Below, piece by piece: positions 1 to 11,098 of a DNA stretch of 64,000 bases. The notes under the pieces were generated by a model. It made no database searches, was not told the origin of the DNA, and saw only the letters and a program-made list of their open reading frames with translations. The DNA comes from Candidatus Pelagibacterales bacterium. Lineage in GTDB: Bacteria; Pseudomonadota; Alphaproteobacteria; Pelagibacterales; Pelagibacteraceae. A program made the translations under genes and the position numbers. Positions within the stretch are counted from its first letter, which is position 1. The number at the start of each line of letters is the position of its first letter. Where the stretch lies: NCBI GenBank assembly GCA_965235655.1, contig CBDDYU010000001.1, positions 203,791 to 267,790 on the forward strand. Direction: 5' to 3'.

Positions 1-139
1 TGCTGACAGTTTAGATACTGTGGAATTAGTTATGGCATTTGAAGAAGAATTTGGTGCTGAAATATCAGATAGTGAAGCAGAAAAAATATTAACAGTAGGT
101 GATGCTATCAGATTTGTTGAAAGTCATTCATCAAAATAA
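1..139 (+). CDS. acpP: acyl carrier protein, C-terminal part (5' end outside window)
   Basis: Frame-2 translation is [49 protein letters not shown] is the phosphopantetheine-serine motif of ACP. Confidence 0.9.
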   Translation, partial: ADSLDTVELVMAFEEEFGAEISDSEAEKILTVGDAIRFVESHSSK

Positions 140-144
140 TTTTT

Positions 145-738
145 TTGTTAAAAAAAAATAATAGAGGAAGATTAATAGTTATATCATCCCCATCCGGGGC
201 TGGAAAAACAACCATCACTAAGAAACTAGTATCTAAAAAAAAAAATATTGAATTATCAGTTTCAATAACCACCAGAAAGCCAAGACCAAACGAAGTTGCA
301 AATAAAGATTATACTTTTGTTAATAAAGAAACTTTCCAAAAATTAATAAAAAAAAAATCTTTTTTAGAATACGCTAAAGTTTTTGGAAATTATTACGGAA
401 CACTAAAAAAAAATATTAATAGAAAAATCAGACAAAATAAAAAAATTATTTTAGATATTGATTGGCAGGGAGCTAGGCAAATTAAAAAACAATTACCCAA
501 ATCAACAACTACAATATTTATATTACCACCATCTCTTAAAGAACTAAAAAAAAGATTAACAAAAAGAGAGAGTAGTAAAGAGTTTATAAAATTAAGAATG
601 TCAAAAGCAAAAAAAGAAATTACTCATTGGAAAGAGTATGATTATGTAGTGGTAAACGACAATTTAAACAAATGTGTAAATGAAATAAAAAAAATTTTAC
701 ACTCGATAGATAAACAGCCAAAATATTTAGGTTTTTAA
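145..738 (+). CDS. gmk: guanylate kinase
   Basis: 197-aa ORF (TTG start in the track) with P-loop SSPSGAGKTT and guanylate kinase length and layout. Confidence 0.9.
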   Translation: MLKKNNRGRLIVISSPSGAGKTTITKKLVSKKKNIELSVSITTRKPRPNEVANKDYTFVNKETFQKLIKKKSFLEYAKVFGNYYGTLKKNINRKIRQNKKIILDIDWQGARQIKKQLPKSTTTIFILPPSLKELKKRLTKRESSKEFIKLRMSKAKKEITHWKEYDYVVVNDNLNKCVNEIKKILHSIDKQPKYLGF

Positions 739-1523
739 TTTTTTTTTAATAGCAAAGCTAATTTACAATACATTTGTGGCGTTATATTTTCTGCCCTTAA
801 ATCAAATAGTTGTTCAAGAAAATTTTTATTTATCATTTCATTTGAAAATATTGTTTGTAATTTTTTTTTTAATTTTTTTCTTCTATTATTAAATAATTCC
901 AAGGTAATTTTTTGTAAATTTTCAATATTAGAAATATCAAGCATTGGTTTTTTTAAAAGATCAAATACTAGTACTGATGAGTTTACTTTTGGTATTGGAA
1001 AAAAATTTTTTTTATCAACATCTATAATTTTTTTTATATCGTAAAAAACAGAGCTTAATATACTTATTCGGCCATATTTTTTAGAATTTATTTTTGCCAA
1101 GATTCTCTCTGCAACTTCTTTTTGAAACATTAAAATCATTTTTTTAGCAACTGGATATTTATTAAGTTGGTTAATCCATTTTATTAGCAATGGCAAAGAT
1201 ACATTATAGGGAAGATTGCTAATAATTTTAAAATCATTATTAAATTTTGATGTTTCATCAAATTGAAGCGCATCCTTAAATAGTATTTCATATTCATGAT
1301 TAGTTTTTTTGTAAAATAAACTATCTAGATTTTCTTTAAGTGACTTATCTATTTCAATAGTAATAAATTTTTTTGGTTTTTTATTAATTATTTCTTTTGT
1401 AAGAATTCCATCTCCAGGACCTATTTCTAATATTTCGTCGCTAGTTTTAATATCTGCGGCTTCAATGATTTCTTTAACGATAGATTTATTTATTAAAAAG
1501 TTTTGCCCATATTTTTTTTTCAT
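735..1523 (-). CDS. rsmA: 16S rRNA (adenine1518/1519-N6)-dimethyltransferase
   Basis: 262-aa ORF with KKYGQNFL and SAM-binding EIGPGDGILT motifs. Lies in the conserved lptD-surA-pdxA-rsmA arrangement. Confidence 0.9.
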   Translation of the reverse strand: MKKKYGQNFLINKSIVKEIIEAADIKTSDEILEIGPGDGILTKEIINKKPKKFITIEIDKSLKENLDSLFYKKTNHEYEILFKDALQFDETSKFNNDFKIISNLPYNVSLPLLIKWINQLNKYPVAKKMILMFQKEVAERILAKINSKKYGRISILSSVFYDIKKIIDVDKKNFFPIPKVNSSVLVFDLLKKPMLDISNIENLQKITLELFNNRRKKLKKKLQTIFSNEMINKNFLEQLFDLRAENITPQMYCKLALLLKKN

Positions 1524-2424
1524 ATTGTTTTATGAAATTTTTCAAAAAAATTTAAACAATATAAAAAACTTTTTGGATCAGCTTTGTTTTTTCCAATAAT
1601 ATCAGTTGCTGTACCATGATCAGGAGAGACTCTAATAAAAGGAAGACCCAATGTTATATTGATAGCAGAAAATTGATTAATATATTTAAATGTTGTTAAA
1701 ACTTGATCATGATACATGCCAATTAAAGAATTAATGTTATTCTTTTTTCTTTTGACAAAGCTAATATCGGGACTAATTGGTCCAATTATATTTTTTTTAT
1801 ATTTTTTTTTTAATTTTTTTAATGTTGGGATTATAATTTTTGTTTCTTCTGAATTAGAAAAAAAATCTATAGCGTTATGTGGATTGAATCCTAAAATACC
1901 AATTGTAGGATTTTTTTTTTTAATAATATTTTGATAAAAAGTTAATATATTTATAAAATTATTTATAATTTTTTTACTAGTTAAATTTTTTGAAATATCT
2001 TTAACTTTTAGGTGAGTTGTTAAAGGTGATACAGAAAAATTATGATTATATAGTAGCATTGTTTCTTTTCCTGAACATTGAAATTTATTTGAAATGTATT
2101 CCGTTACTCCAGGAAAAGAATTGTCTAAAAAATCTTTTTTATTTAATGGAAGATTAATTAACCCATGTACTTTTTTTTCTTTATATAGATTAATAAATTC
2201 TTCAAAACTTTTTATTAAGTATTCTTTTTTTTTATGCTTATTCCATTCTATATTTTTTATATTTAAAATATTTGTATTAATAGAGTTTTTTAACAGTAGT
2301 TTTTTAGATCCTATAAATAAATAATTATTTTTATTTTTTTTTTAAAAAAAAAAAGAGATTTTTTTATTATTTCATAATTTATACTATTTGGATCTGAAGT
2401 TATTATAGCGATAGTTTTTTTCAT
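1520..2424 (-). pseudogene. pdxA: 4-hydroxythreonine-4-phosphate dehydrogenase PdxA, one frameshift (real or sequencing error)
   Basis: The C-terminal ORF 1520..2059 carries GFNPH and SPDHGTA motifs, and its frame stays open upstream. The N-terminus MKKTIAIITSDPNSINYEIIKKSL starts at ATG 2424..2422, in another frame. The span is 905 nt, not a multiple of 3. The frame break lies in the T10A12 tract 2334..2355. Confidence 0.8.
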
Positions 2425-3002
2425 TTATAAAATTTTATTAAGGATTGTTCTTTTAATTTATTTAAATGATATCTTGAAAAAACACCTAACTTTTTATTTT
2501 TTTCTTCTAAAATTAAATTATCTTTAATTTGATTTGAATAATTTTCTTTATATTTTTCTTTTAGTTTTTGATCAATTTCTTTCATATTTATACTTATTTT
2601 CCATCCATATTTTTTAATTATCAAATCATTCCATAGTTTATCAATTTTTATTTTTTCTTTGATAAGAAAAATTAAATTTTGATCTATATTGTTTAGATTT
2701 AAATTTAAATTTTTAGATATTTGAAGGAAATGATTATTTATTAAACTATTATCTATTTTTAATTTTTCATTTATAATTTCTTTTTTTTTTATACTTTCTT
2801 CAATTAAATTATTTAAAGCAATATTAACTTGTTGTTTTGAAATATCTCTATTATTTAAAATAGATAATATTTTCATTTCATAATCTAAGTCTATTTGAGT
2901 TATTGGATCATTATTAACTGTTACTATAATTTTATATGGGCTAGCATATAAATAATTAAATAAATTTATGATAATATAAAAAAAAAAAAATTTTTTTACC
3001 AT
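2421..3002 (-). CDS. SurA N-terminal-domain-like periplasmic chaperone (no PPIase domain)
   Basis: 193-aa ORF with an N-terminal hydrophobic signal-like segment. It occupies the surA position between lptD and pdxA, and its stop overlaps the pdxA start (ATGA). Confidence 0.5.
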   Translation of the reverse strand: MVKKFFFFYIIINLFNYLYASPYKIIVTVNNDPITQIDLDYEMKILSILNNRDISKQQVNIALNNLIEESIKKKEIINEKLKIDNSLINNHFLQISKNLNLNLNNIDQNLIFLIKEKIKIDKLWNDLIIKKYGWKISINMKEIDQKLKEKYKENYSNQIKDNLILEEKNKKLGVFSRYHLNKLKEQSLIKFYK

Positions 3003-3010
3003 CTTAGTCT

Positions 3011-5425
3011 TTAATTAGACTCGCTCAAATTAGGTGCGATAGGTTGCCCAAATGGTTTTAATGTAAAAAATAGAGTTAAGTTATTACTTTTTTTGACATC
3101 ATCACTTTCATAGAATTTTTTTGATAAATTTAAGCCAATTTTAAAGCAATCGCTTTCATAATTTGCTTCTATGTAGTTATTTTCGGTATACTCTAATTCA
3201 AGATTTTTTCTTGCTCCAATTAAAAAATTCAAATTATTTTTAAAAGATTTTTGTATATTAGCTTCGATATATTGCTGATTTCCAATATCATGAAGTTCAT
3301 AGTATTTAGTAGTTATGCTATGTCTACCATCGCCATAAGACATGGTAGCCTCATTTTTGAGTATTTTATCTAAATCATTAGATACATTAAAATTATAGTT
3401 CAAATTAAAACCAGGTGATATTTGACTCAATGCAAAATTCTTCTTTATTTCTTCATTTTTAGCTTCACTTTTAAAAATAGATTGATCTAAAAAAAAATTA
3501 AAATTTCCAACTATGTTTGAAGTTTTTTCATTTAAAGATGATTTTGTTGGCATTTTTGAATTTCTTACATCAGATAAAACTTGGCCAATAGAAAAATTAG
3601 TTTTTAAAATATTTAAATTTTCAGAATTTTTTTTATTTAATTCATAGTCAAAGCCATATCCTAAACTACCTCCAGTTTCTGGATTATCAATATTATTTAA
3701 TCTATCCATTGAATATATATCTGCGTAATTTAAAATTTTATTGGTGCTACTTGCATTATTCATTGATCCAGTTGTAAATTTTGTAAAAATTTTAGGTGAT
3801 AGTGTTTCTTCGGTAGTTTTTGTTAATCTTATTAATGGAATAGAGGTTTCTAATCCAATAGTTGAATATAGTTCATTATTTAAGTTTGACTTTGCTCCAG
3901 TTACTTTTTCATTATAAATAGTTTAAGTTAGATACTTTTAATTTAATTGTATTTGAAGCTCCAATTTTTTTTATAATTTTTTGTTCACTATCTGCATGTA
4001 CAACATTTCTTTGAATTATTTGTTTTGTATCTCCATTGTAATTATTAGCTTCAAATAAATTTGATAAAGTTATATTTTGATTAAATTTATTGAAAAAATT
4101 ATTATACTCTAAGGATGGTATTTTATATTGGTATTTAGTATTTGGATCGTCATTCGATAAATTTTCATAAATTGCTGAAGAAATTTTTAATTTTTCATTA
4201 TTTTTATAAGAATTAATTATAACTTGATTTGTTAATTGATTAACATCTTGTTTTACTAATTCAGTATTAATTTCATTTACGTTAAGATAATTTTTTTGAG
4301 AAATTCTTTGTATTTGTAAAGATAAGTCATTATTTCCAAACAAAATATTATTATTATACTGACCAGAAAAATTTAGAAAAAAATGATTTCTTGAACCACT
4401 AGTTCTATTTAGAGACTGTCCGTCATCAGTAGTTTTATTTAAGTCTCTGTATCCTGATGAATAACTGGTATCTATGTAAAGCGAACTATTTTGATTTTGT
4501 TTTCTATATTCTGTTAAGTAAATATCATTTTCATTTATCATAAAAAATTGGCGAAAATGTTAAATCGCTATTATCATCAATCGCCCAAAAATAGGGTGTT
4601 TTATAGGTTCTTCCTAAATTAGAAAAATTTTTTGTTGATACTGGTAAAAATCCACTTTTTCTAGAAACAGTAGGATCTGGATGGGAAAAATATGGGGTAT
4701 AAAATACTGGTATATTTCTAATTTTTAAAACTGCATGTTCATGGTAGACCATCTTTTTTTTAGAATCTTGTGTTGTTTGATAGGTAGAAAGGCTCCAGTC
4801 TGGACACTGTTCTTTGATATTTTTTTTACCCTCAAAATTTTCACAAGTTGTGTATCTATTTTCATTATTAAATAATGATTTAAGTTTATTAAATAAATTT
4901 ACTTTTTTTGTATCTGTTTTTATAGTTATGGTATCAGTATTATTATCAATTTCAGCAAATCTACTTTCAAATGAGCTTTTGTCAGTCAATAATCCTTTTA
5001 CATTTTTACCAAAACCTTTGCTTGAATTTTCAAAATATTCAAATTCAGAAAATAAAAAAATATTTCCCTGCTTTTTCTTTATATTTTACATTATTAATTG
5101 CTTTAATTTTTTTTATATTTAAATCATAAAAAAAATCATCAGCATCTATTTCATTACCTTGTGTATCTTTGTACTTTGAATTTGATTTCGTTTTGATTAA
5201 GTTGTTTGCCTTATCATAAATAATGAAGTCAGAATAAATTTCTTTTCCAAATTGATCTTTTGCACTAGCCTCGCCCTCAGCTATTATAATTTTATTATTA
5301 TCTTTATAAGTTAGTTTGATAGCATTAAGAATGTACAGAGGTCTTTCCGCATGTAAATTTTTAATTGTTAAATTAAAAATTAAAATTGTACAAATAAATA
5401 TAGATATTTTATTTTTAATTTTCAT
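3011..5425 (-). pseudogene. lptD: LPS-assembly outer-membrane protein LptD, at least 3 frame breaks
   Basis: Four consecutive same-strand ORF fragments: 5045..5425, 4531..4989, 3912..4541 and 3011..3763. The N-terminal fragment has a signal peptide and an OstA-like domain. The second fragment has the LptD-like segment IPVFYTPYFSHPDPTVSRKSGFL. The combined span of about 805 codons fits LptD. Confidence 0.8.
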
Positions 5426-6524
5426 TAATTTTAATTAAATTTATAGCACTTATAACAAGTATTAAAAATATTGGTATCCATACAGATATCGCTAGTGGCA
5501 TTTTTCCAGCAATACCAAGTGCAATAGATAAATCATTTAAAAAATAAATGACAATTCCCAAAATTATTCCAAAAAAAACATAAATAAAATTACTATAATT
5601 TTTTTTTATATTAATTGTAAAAACAGTGGCTAAAATTATCATTGAAAATAAATAAATTGGTAGAGATAAATATTTATGAAACTTTATTTTTAATTCATCA
5701 CCAGAATAACCTCTGTCATTAAGCTTTTTTATACTGTTTAAAATCTCCCAAAAAGAAATTGTGTTAGCATTGGTAAATAAATTTTTAAGTTCATTTATGT
5801 CTATAGATGAATTTAAGGTGTAATCCTTTTCTTCTTTTTTTTGTGCATTATCATTTCCAGATAAAAGTTTCGTATTTTCTAATATCCACTCTTTTTTATT
5901 AATGAAAACTAACTTACTATCATATCTATTAATAAAATTAAAATCTGTATCTAGAGTATATATTGTTGAATTGTAAAATTTAGAAAAATCATTATCGACA
6001 ATTTTATCAGCTCTAATTATTTTATAATTTTGTTCATTTTTTTCCATAAACCAAAGTCCAGAGTCATTAATGACAATTAAATTATCGTTCTGAGAATAAT
6101 TTCTTTTATATTTTTCGTAAAATTTTATACCCTCAGCAGAAATAGGTGTTATTGCGAAAATAATAAATAATCCAATACCAAAAGATAACAAGGCAGGAGT
6201 CAAAATTGATAATAAGTTAGAAATTCCCGATAGTTTTATTGAATTAAGTTCATTATTTTTTAAAAATTTTACAAAGAAAAATATCCCGGTAAATAAAAAA
6301 ATAAAGATAGAGGTTTCTATTAAAGTGTTGATTGTTTTTAAGGTTGTTAAAATTATCAAACTTAATAAAAAATTTTCTATTTGTTTATCTTTAAAAAAAA
6401 TTAATTCTTCTACAAAATTTGTTAATAATGAAATAGATAAAAAAACAAGTAATACTATTAAAAAACACTTGGTAAATTCATAAGATAAATATTTAATTAG
6501 CGTTTTTGGTAAATATTTTTTCAT
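5415..6524 (-). CDS. lptG: LPS export ABC transporter permease LptG (YjgP/YjgQ family)
   Basis: 369-aa ORF with a TM cluster, a periplasmic domain and a second TM cluster. It lies directly downstream of the lptF-like gene. Confidence 0.75.
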   Translation of the reverse strand: MKKYLPKTLIKYLSYEFTKCFLIVLLVFLSISLLTNFVEELIFFKDKQIENFLLSLIILTTLKTINTLIETSIFIFLFTGIFFFVKFLKNNELNSIKLSGISNLLSILTPALLSFGIGLFIIFAITPISAEGIKFYEKYKRNYSQNDNLIVINDSGLWFMEKNEQNYKIIRADKIVDNDFSKFYNSTIYTLDTDFNFINRYDSKLVFINKKEWILENTKLLSGNDNAQKKEEKDYTLNSSIDINELKNLFTNANTISFWEILNSIKKLNDRGYSGDELKIKFHKYLSLPIYLFSMIILATVFTINIKKNYSNFIYVFFGIILGIVIYFLNDLSIALGIAGKMPLAISVWIPIFLILVISAINLIKINEN

Positions 6525-7598
6525 TTATATATCGGCTCTTTCTTTAAAAAGTTTTTTAGTAAAAAAAAAGTTAAGGCAGTTCCCAATAAGTGGAAGCATA
6601 TAAAAAAAACTTTGTAGTAAATAATTTTTCGCACTAAGACCTATTAAAATTTCAATAAATATAATTAGTAATGTTGATAAAGAAAAAATAAATATTTTTA
6701 ATTTTGTTAAATTTATTTTTTCATTATTTGTGTATAGTAAAAAACAACAAAGAAAAGCTACGAATGGAATAAATAGTGGTTTAACAATTCTTTTATGTAT
6801 TTCTTCCAAGTATATCTTTATTATTTTTTCTTAATTTATAATTTTTAAAAAGCCATAAAGTACTTCGTTCTGCTAATTTTGTATATTTTGTTATTTCTGT
6901 TTGGTATTTTGTAAAATCAAAAATTGTTTTTTCAAATTTTACAACTGTAATATTTTGCTGTTGATTTTTTTCATGAATAAATCCATCAATTAACTCTAAA
7001 TAATTATTATCATTAATATTTACAACTCTGCCTTTTTTTGCAATGATAGTTTTGAACTCTTCAAATATATAAATTTTTTCCAAGTTTCCTTTGTTGTCAT
7101 TTTTATTAACAAAAATAGTTAATTTTTTTAAAGGAGAGTTAAAATTATTTTTTTTTACTAAAGAATTTATCATAGAAAATTCTGAATTAGCCAATATCTC
7201 TCTTGATTTAAAATTTGTGTGATGGAACTAAATATACATAAAAAAATAGAGCTAAGATTAGTTGGTAAAAAAGAAATTTTGAAAATTGTAAAAGCAATAT
7301 TTAGTTTGCTAATTCCTGCAAGCCAATATATTTCAATTTCTTTAGTATCTAGTAGTTTAAGTATTGTTAAAAAAGCTCCAATTAAAAAGCTTATAATCAT
7401 TAGTTGTGATATAATTTTTGGAAATATTAATAATATAAAATAACAATAGGTTTTAATAGATAGGCCAGATTCTGTAATTAAATTTAAATTTTTGGCAGCT
7501 TGCGCAATCCAAATTAGTAATGAAAACGAAATTAAAACAAGCGCATATGATTTTAAAATTTCTGAGACAATGTAATTGTTTAGCTTGTTTTTAAACAT
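6525..7598 (-). pseudogene. lptF: LPS export ABC transporter permease LptF, two compensating frameshifts
   Basis: Three fragments: 7170..7598, 6793..7194 and 6525..6809. The first and third share a frame and the middle one is shifted. The total span is 1074 nt (358 codons). It is divergent from pepA, as in E. coli. Confidence 0.7.
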
Positions 7599-7634
7599 AA
7601 TTTATGTATTTAGTGATCTCGTTTATATTTACAT

Positions 7635-9102
7635 ATGATTAATATTTCTTACAAATTAAATAAAAAAATTAATACTCACATTTTTTTTGCTGATGAAAAT
7701 TTCAATTTTTTAAGCAATTCAAGCAATATACTAAAAAAAAACATTAATATTATTAATTTATATAAAGAAGATTTTAAAAATTCTGAAAACGTTTTAATTG
7801 AAATTGTTGAAAATAGAACAAAGCATCAAATTTTTATTTTTAAAATTACATCAACTACGCTTGATTATGATTATCAAAAATTAGGAGGAACTGTATTTGA
7901 TAGAATATCTAAATTTGAGAAAGTTAATTTATTTTTAGATAGTTCAGAATTAGTTAAAAAAAATTTCAATATTTTTATTAGTAACTTTTTTTTAGGTTTG
8001 TTTTCAAAAAGTTACCATTTTTCTGATTTTAAATATAAAAAAGAAAATAAAAATAAATTAAATAATATCCACATTATCACTGTAAATGAAAAAAGTGTTC
8101 AAAAGTTTAATAAAAGAATCTTTAAATATATATTTAGGTATTGAGGAAACAAGAAATTTAGTTACTCAACCTGCGAATATTTTAAATCCAAAAAAATTTG
8201 TTGATGAAATTTTACGGTTAAAAAAAATTGGTTTGCAAGTAGAAATTTTAAACGAAAAAAAAATGAAATCATTAGGCATGAATGCTTTACTTGGAGTGGG
8301 GCAGGGAAGTTCAAATGATTCTTATATGGCAATCATGAAGTGGAATGGAAATAAATCTTCAAAAGAAAAACCTTTGGCATTTGTGGGCAAGGGTGTTTGT
8401 TTTGATACCGGTGGTATTTCACTTAAGCCAGCAAAATTTATGGAAGACATGAAGTATGATATGGGTGGAGCAGGAACAGTTACTGGATTAATGAAAACTT
8501 TAGCTTTGCGTAAAGCAAAAGTTAATGCCGTAGGTGTTGTTGGATTAGTTGAGAATATGGCTGATGGAAATGCTCAGAGACCAGGCGATGTTGTTAAAAG
8601 TTATTCAGGACAATCCATTGAAATTTTAAACACTGATGCCGAAGGTAGGTTAGTACTAGCTGATGCAATTGCTTACACAGAAGATAAGTTTAAACCAAAA
8701 TTTATAATAAATTTAGCTACGTTAACTGGAGCAATTGTAGTAGCGCTTGGCAATGAGTATGCTGGGTTATTTTCTAATGATGATAAATTAGCTAATCAAA
8801 TTCAAGAAGTAAGTTTAAAAGATAATGAAAAAGCATGGAGATTACCTCTCAATGAAAATTTTGACAAACTGATGGACTCAAAAATTGCAGATATGCAAAA
8901 TATAAATTATTCAGGTGGAGCAGGATCAATAACTGCAGCTCAGTTTCTTCAAAGATTTATAAGAAACAAAACTCCATGGGCGCATTTAGATATTGCAGGT
9001 ATGGCTTGGACAAAAAAAAATACAGAAGTAACTCCAGAAGGAGCAACTGGGTATGGAGTAAAATTATTAAACAGACTAGTAAGGGAGCATTACGAGAAAT
9101 AA
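7635..9102 (+). pseudogene. pepA: leucyl aminopeptidase (M17), one frameshift near 8086..8144
   Basis: ORFs 7635..8144 and 8086..9102 lie in different frames, and the span is 1468 nt. The C-terminal part has the M17 signature [12 protein letters not shown] and metal-ligand context. Confidence 0.85.
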
Positions 9103-9103
9103 T

Positions 9104-9502
9104 ATGGAACAAACATTATCTTTAATTAAACCAGATGCAGTAGAAAGAAATCTAATAGGAAAAATTATAAACGTTTTTGAGGACAATAATCTTAAAATTG
9201 GTCATATGAAAAAAATACATGTAGACCGACAATTTGCAGAAAAATTTTATGAAATGCATAAAGAAAGACCATTTTTTAACGATCTTTGTAATTATATTAG
9301 CTCAGGTCCTTTGGTTGCTATGGTTTTAGAGGGTGAAAACGCTATTCAAAAAAATAGAGAATTAATGGGAGCTACCAATCCAAGCGAAGCAAAAGAGGGT
9401 ACTATCAGAAAAATGTTTGCAATATCTATTGATAAAAATTCAGTTCATGGCTCAGATTCAGCAGAAAGTGCAAAAAGAGAAATAGAACTATTTTTTAGTT
9501 AA
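9104..9502 (+). CDS. ndk: nucleoside diphosphate kinase
   Basis: 132-aa ORF with LIKPDAV and the active-site NSVHGSDS motif. Confidence 0.95.
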   Translation: MEQTLSLIKPDAVERNLIGKIINVFEDNNLKIGHMKKIHVDRQFAEKFYEMHKERPFFNDLCNYISSGPLVAMVLEGENAIQKNRELMGATNPSEAKEGTIRKMFAISIDKNSVHGSDSAESAKREIELFFS

Positions 9503-10072
9503 TTTTTACAAATTTTATCTAAAGTTTCAGGAAAGAGTTTATGTTCTAATTGAAGAATTTTTTTCTGCTAAACTTATCGCATTATCTTTTTTTAAAATTT
9601 TAACTTTTTTTTGGGAGATTATTTTTCCACTATCTAATTTTTCAGTTACATAATGAACTGTGCAACCAGAGAATTTTTCATTATTGTCTATAGCTCGTTG
9701 GTGAGTATTTAATCCTTTATATTTTGGCAACAACGAAGGATGTATATTAATAATTGGAATTTTTAATTTTGTAATAAAATTAGAACTAAGAATTTTCATA
9801 AAACCAGCTAAGCACAAAATATCAATTTTTTCTTTTTTAATTATTTGAAAAATTTTTTTTTCAAAAGTTTCTTTATTGTCATTAATAACAATTGATTTAA
9901 TTTTTTTATTTTTAGAAAAAGTTAATCCTTTTGCCTTTTTTTTATTTGAAACTACTAAATGAATTTTATAATTAGATTTTTTTAATAGAGAATATTTGTA
10001 CAGTGATTGTAAATTTGAGCCTTTTCCAGAAATAAAAACACAAATTTTTTTTTTAAAATTTAATTTTTCCAT
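9499..10072 (-). pseudogene. purN: phosphoribosylglycinamide formyltransferase PurN, 3'-terminal frameshift in a homopolymer
   Basis: ORF 9539..10072 is PurN-like (FISGKGSNLQ, NIHPSLLP). Shifting frame at the T7 run 9558..9564 restores a typical C-terminus, [22 protein letters not shown], ending at 9499. The span is 574 nt. Confidence 0.85.
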
Positions 10073-11096
10073 TAAATTTTATTTTTGTATTTTTATCTTT
10101 TTTTATAGATCCTAAAATATATGGTTTAAATTGTTTTGAAAAAAAAGATTGAATTTTTTTAACATTATTTTTTTTTGCAAATAAAACAAAACCAACACCA
10201 CAATTAAATGTTTTGAGCATTTCTTTTTCTTCAACACCCTGTTTATTTATCCAACGAAATATATTTTGTACTTTTATATTGTCTAAATTTATATGAGCGC
10301 AAATTCCTTTTTTTAAAACTCGAGGAATATTTTCCAAAAGTCCACCGCCGGTAATATTACAAGAACCATTAATTAAATTTAGATTTACTAGTTTTGTTAT
10401 TTCATTCACATAAATTTTTGTAGGAGTTAACAAATCATGAAAAAGTTTTTTATTTTCTTTTGTATATTTAATTTTTTTATCTTTTAAAATTTTTCTAATT
10501 AATGAATACCCATTAGAATGAATACCTGATGATGGAATTGCTAAAATTATATCGTTATTTTTAATTTTATTTCCACTTATAATTTTTTTTTTATCTATCG
10601 CACCAACAGAAAAACCGGCTAAATCAAATTTATTTCCGGTGTAGACTCCTGGCATTTCAGCAGTCTCTCCACCTGCTAAATAACAATTTGAAATCTTACA
10701 TCCTTTTGCAATTCCCTTGAGAATATCTTTATATTTTTTTGCAATTACTCTTCCTATTGCAATATAGTCTAGAAAGTACAAAGGTTTTGCTCCCTGGACA
10801 ATTAGGTCATTCACGCACATTGCAACCAAATCAATGCCAATTGTATCAAATTTTTTCATTTCATTAGCGATTTCAAGCTTAGTGCCCACACCATCAGTAG
10901 AACTAACCAATACTGGATTTTTAATATTATATTGAGATAGATCAAATAAAGAACCAAAGCCGCCAATATTTTTAAAATTTCTTATTGAAGAACCTTTGAT
11001 CTTTGTTTTATTTGATAAATTTGAAATATATTTTACAAGTCTTGTTGTATTATTAATATCAACACCACTTTGTTTATAGGTAAATTTTTTTTGCAC
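10053..11096 (-). CDS. purM: phosphoribosylformylglycinamidine cyclo-ligase (AIR synthetase)
   Basis: 347-aa ORF with the STDGVGTK motif, in a purM-purN tandem. Confidence 0.95.
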   Translation of the reverse strand: MQKKFTYKQSGVDINNTTRLVKYISNLSNKTKIKGSSIRNFKNIGGFGSLFDLSQYNIKNPVLVSSTDGVGTKLEIANEMKKFDTIGIDLVAMCVNDLIVQGAKPLYFLDYIAIGRVIAKKYKDILKGIAKGCKISNCYLAGGETAEMPGVYTGNKFDLAGFSVGAIDKKKIISGNKIKNNDIILAIPSSGIHSNGYSLIRKILKDKKIKYTKENKKLFHDLLTPTKIYVNEITKLVNLNLINGSCNITGGGLLENIPRVLKKGICAHINLDNIKVQNIFRWINKQGVEEKEMLKTFNCGVGFVLFAKKNNVKKIQSFFSKQFKPYILGSIKKDKNTKIKFNGKIKF

Positions 11097-11098
11097 AA

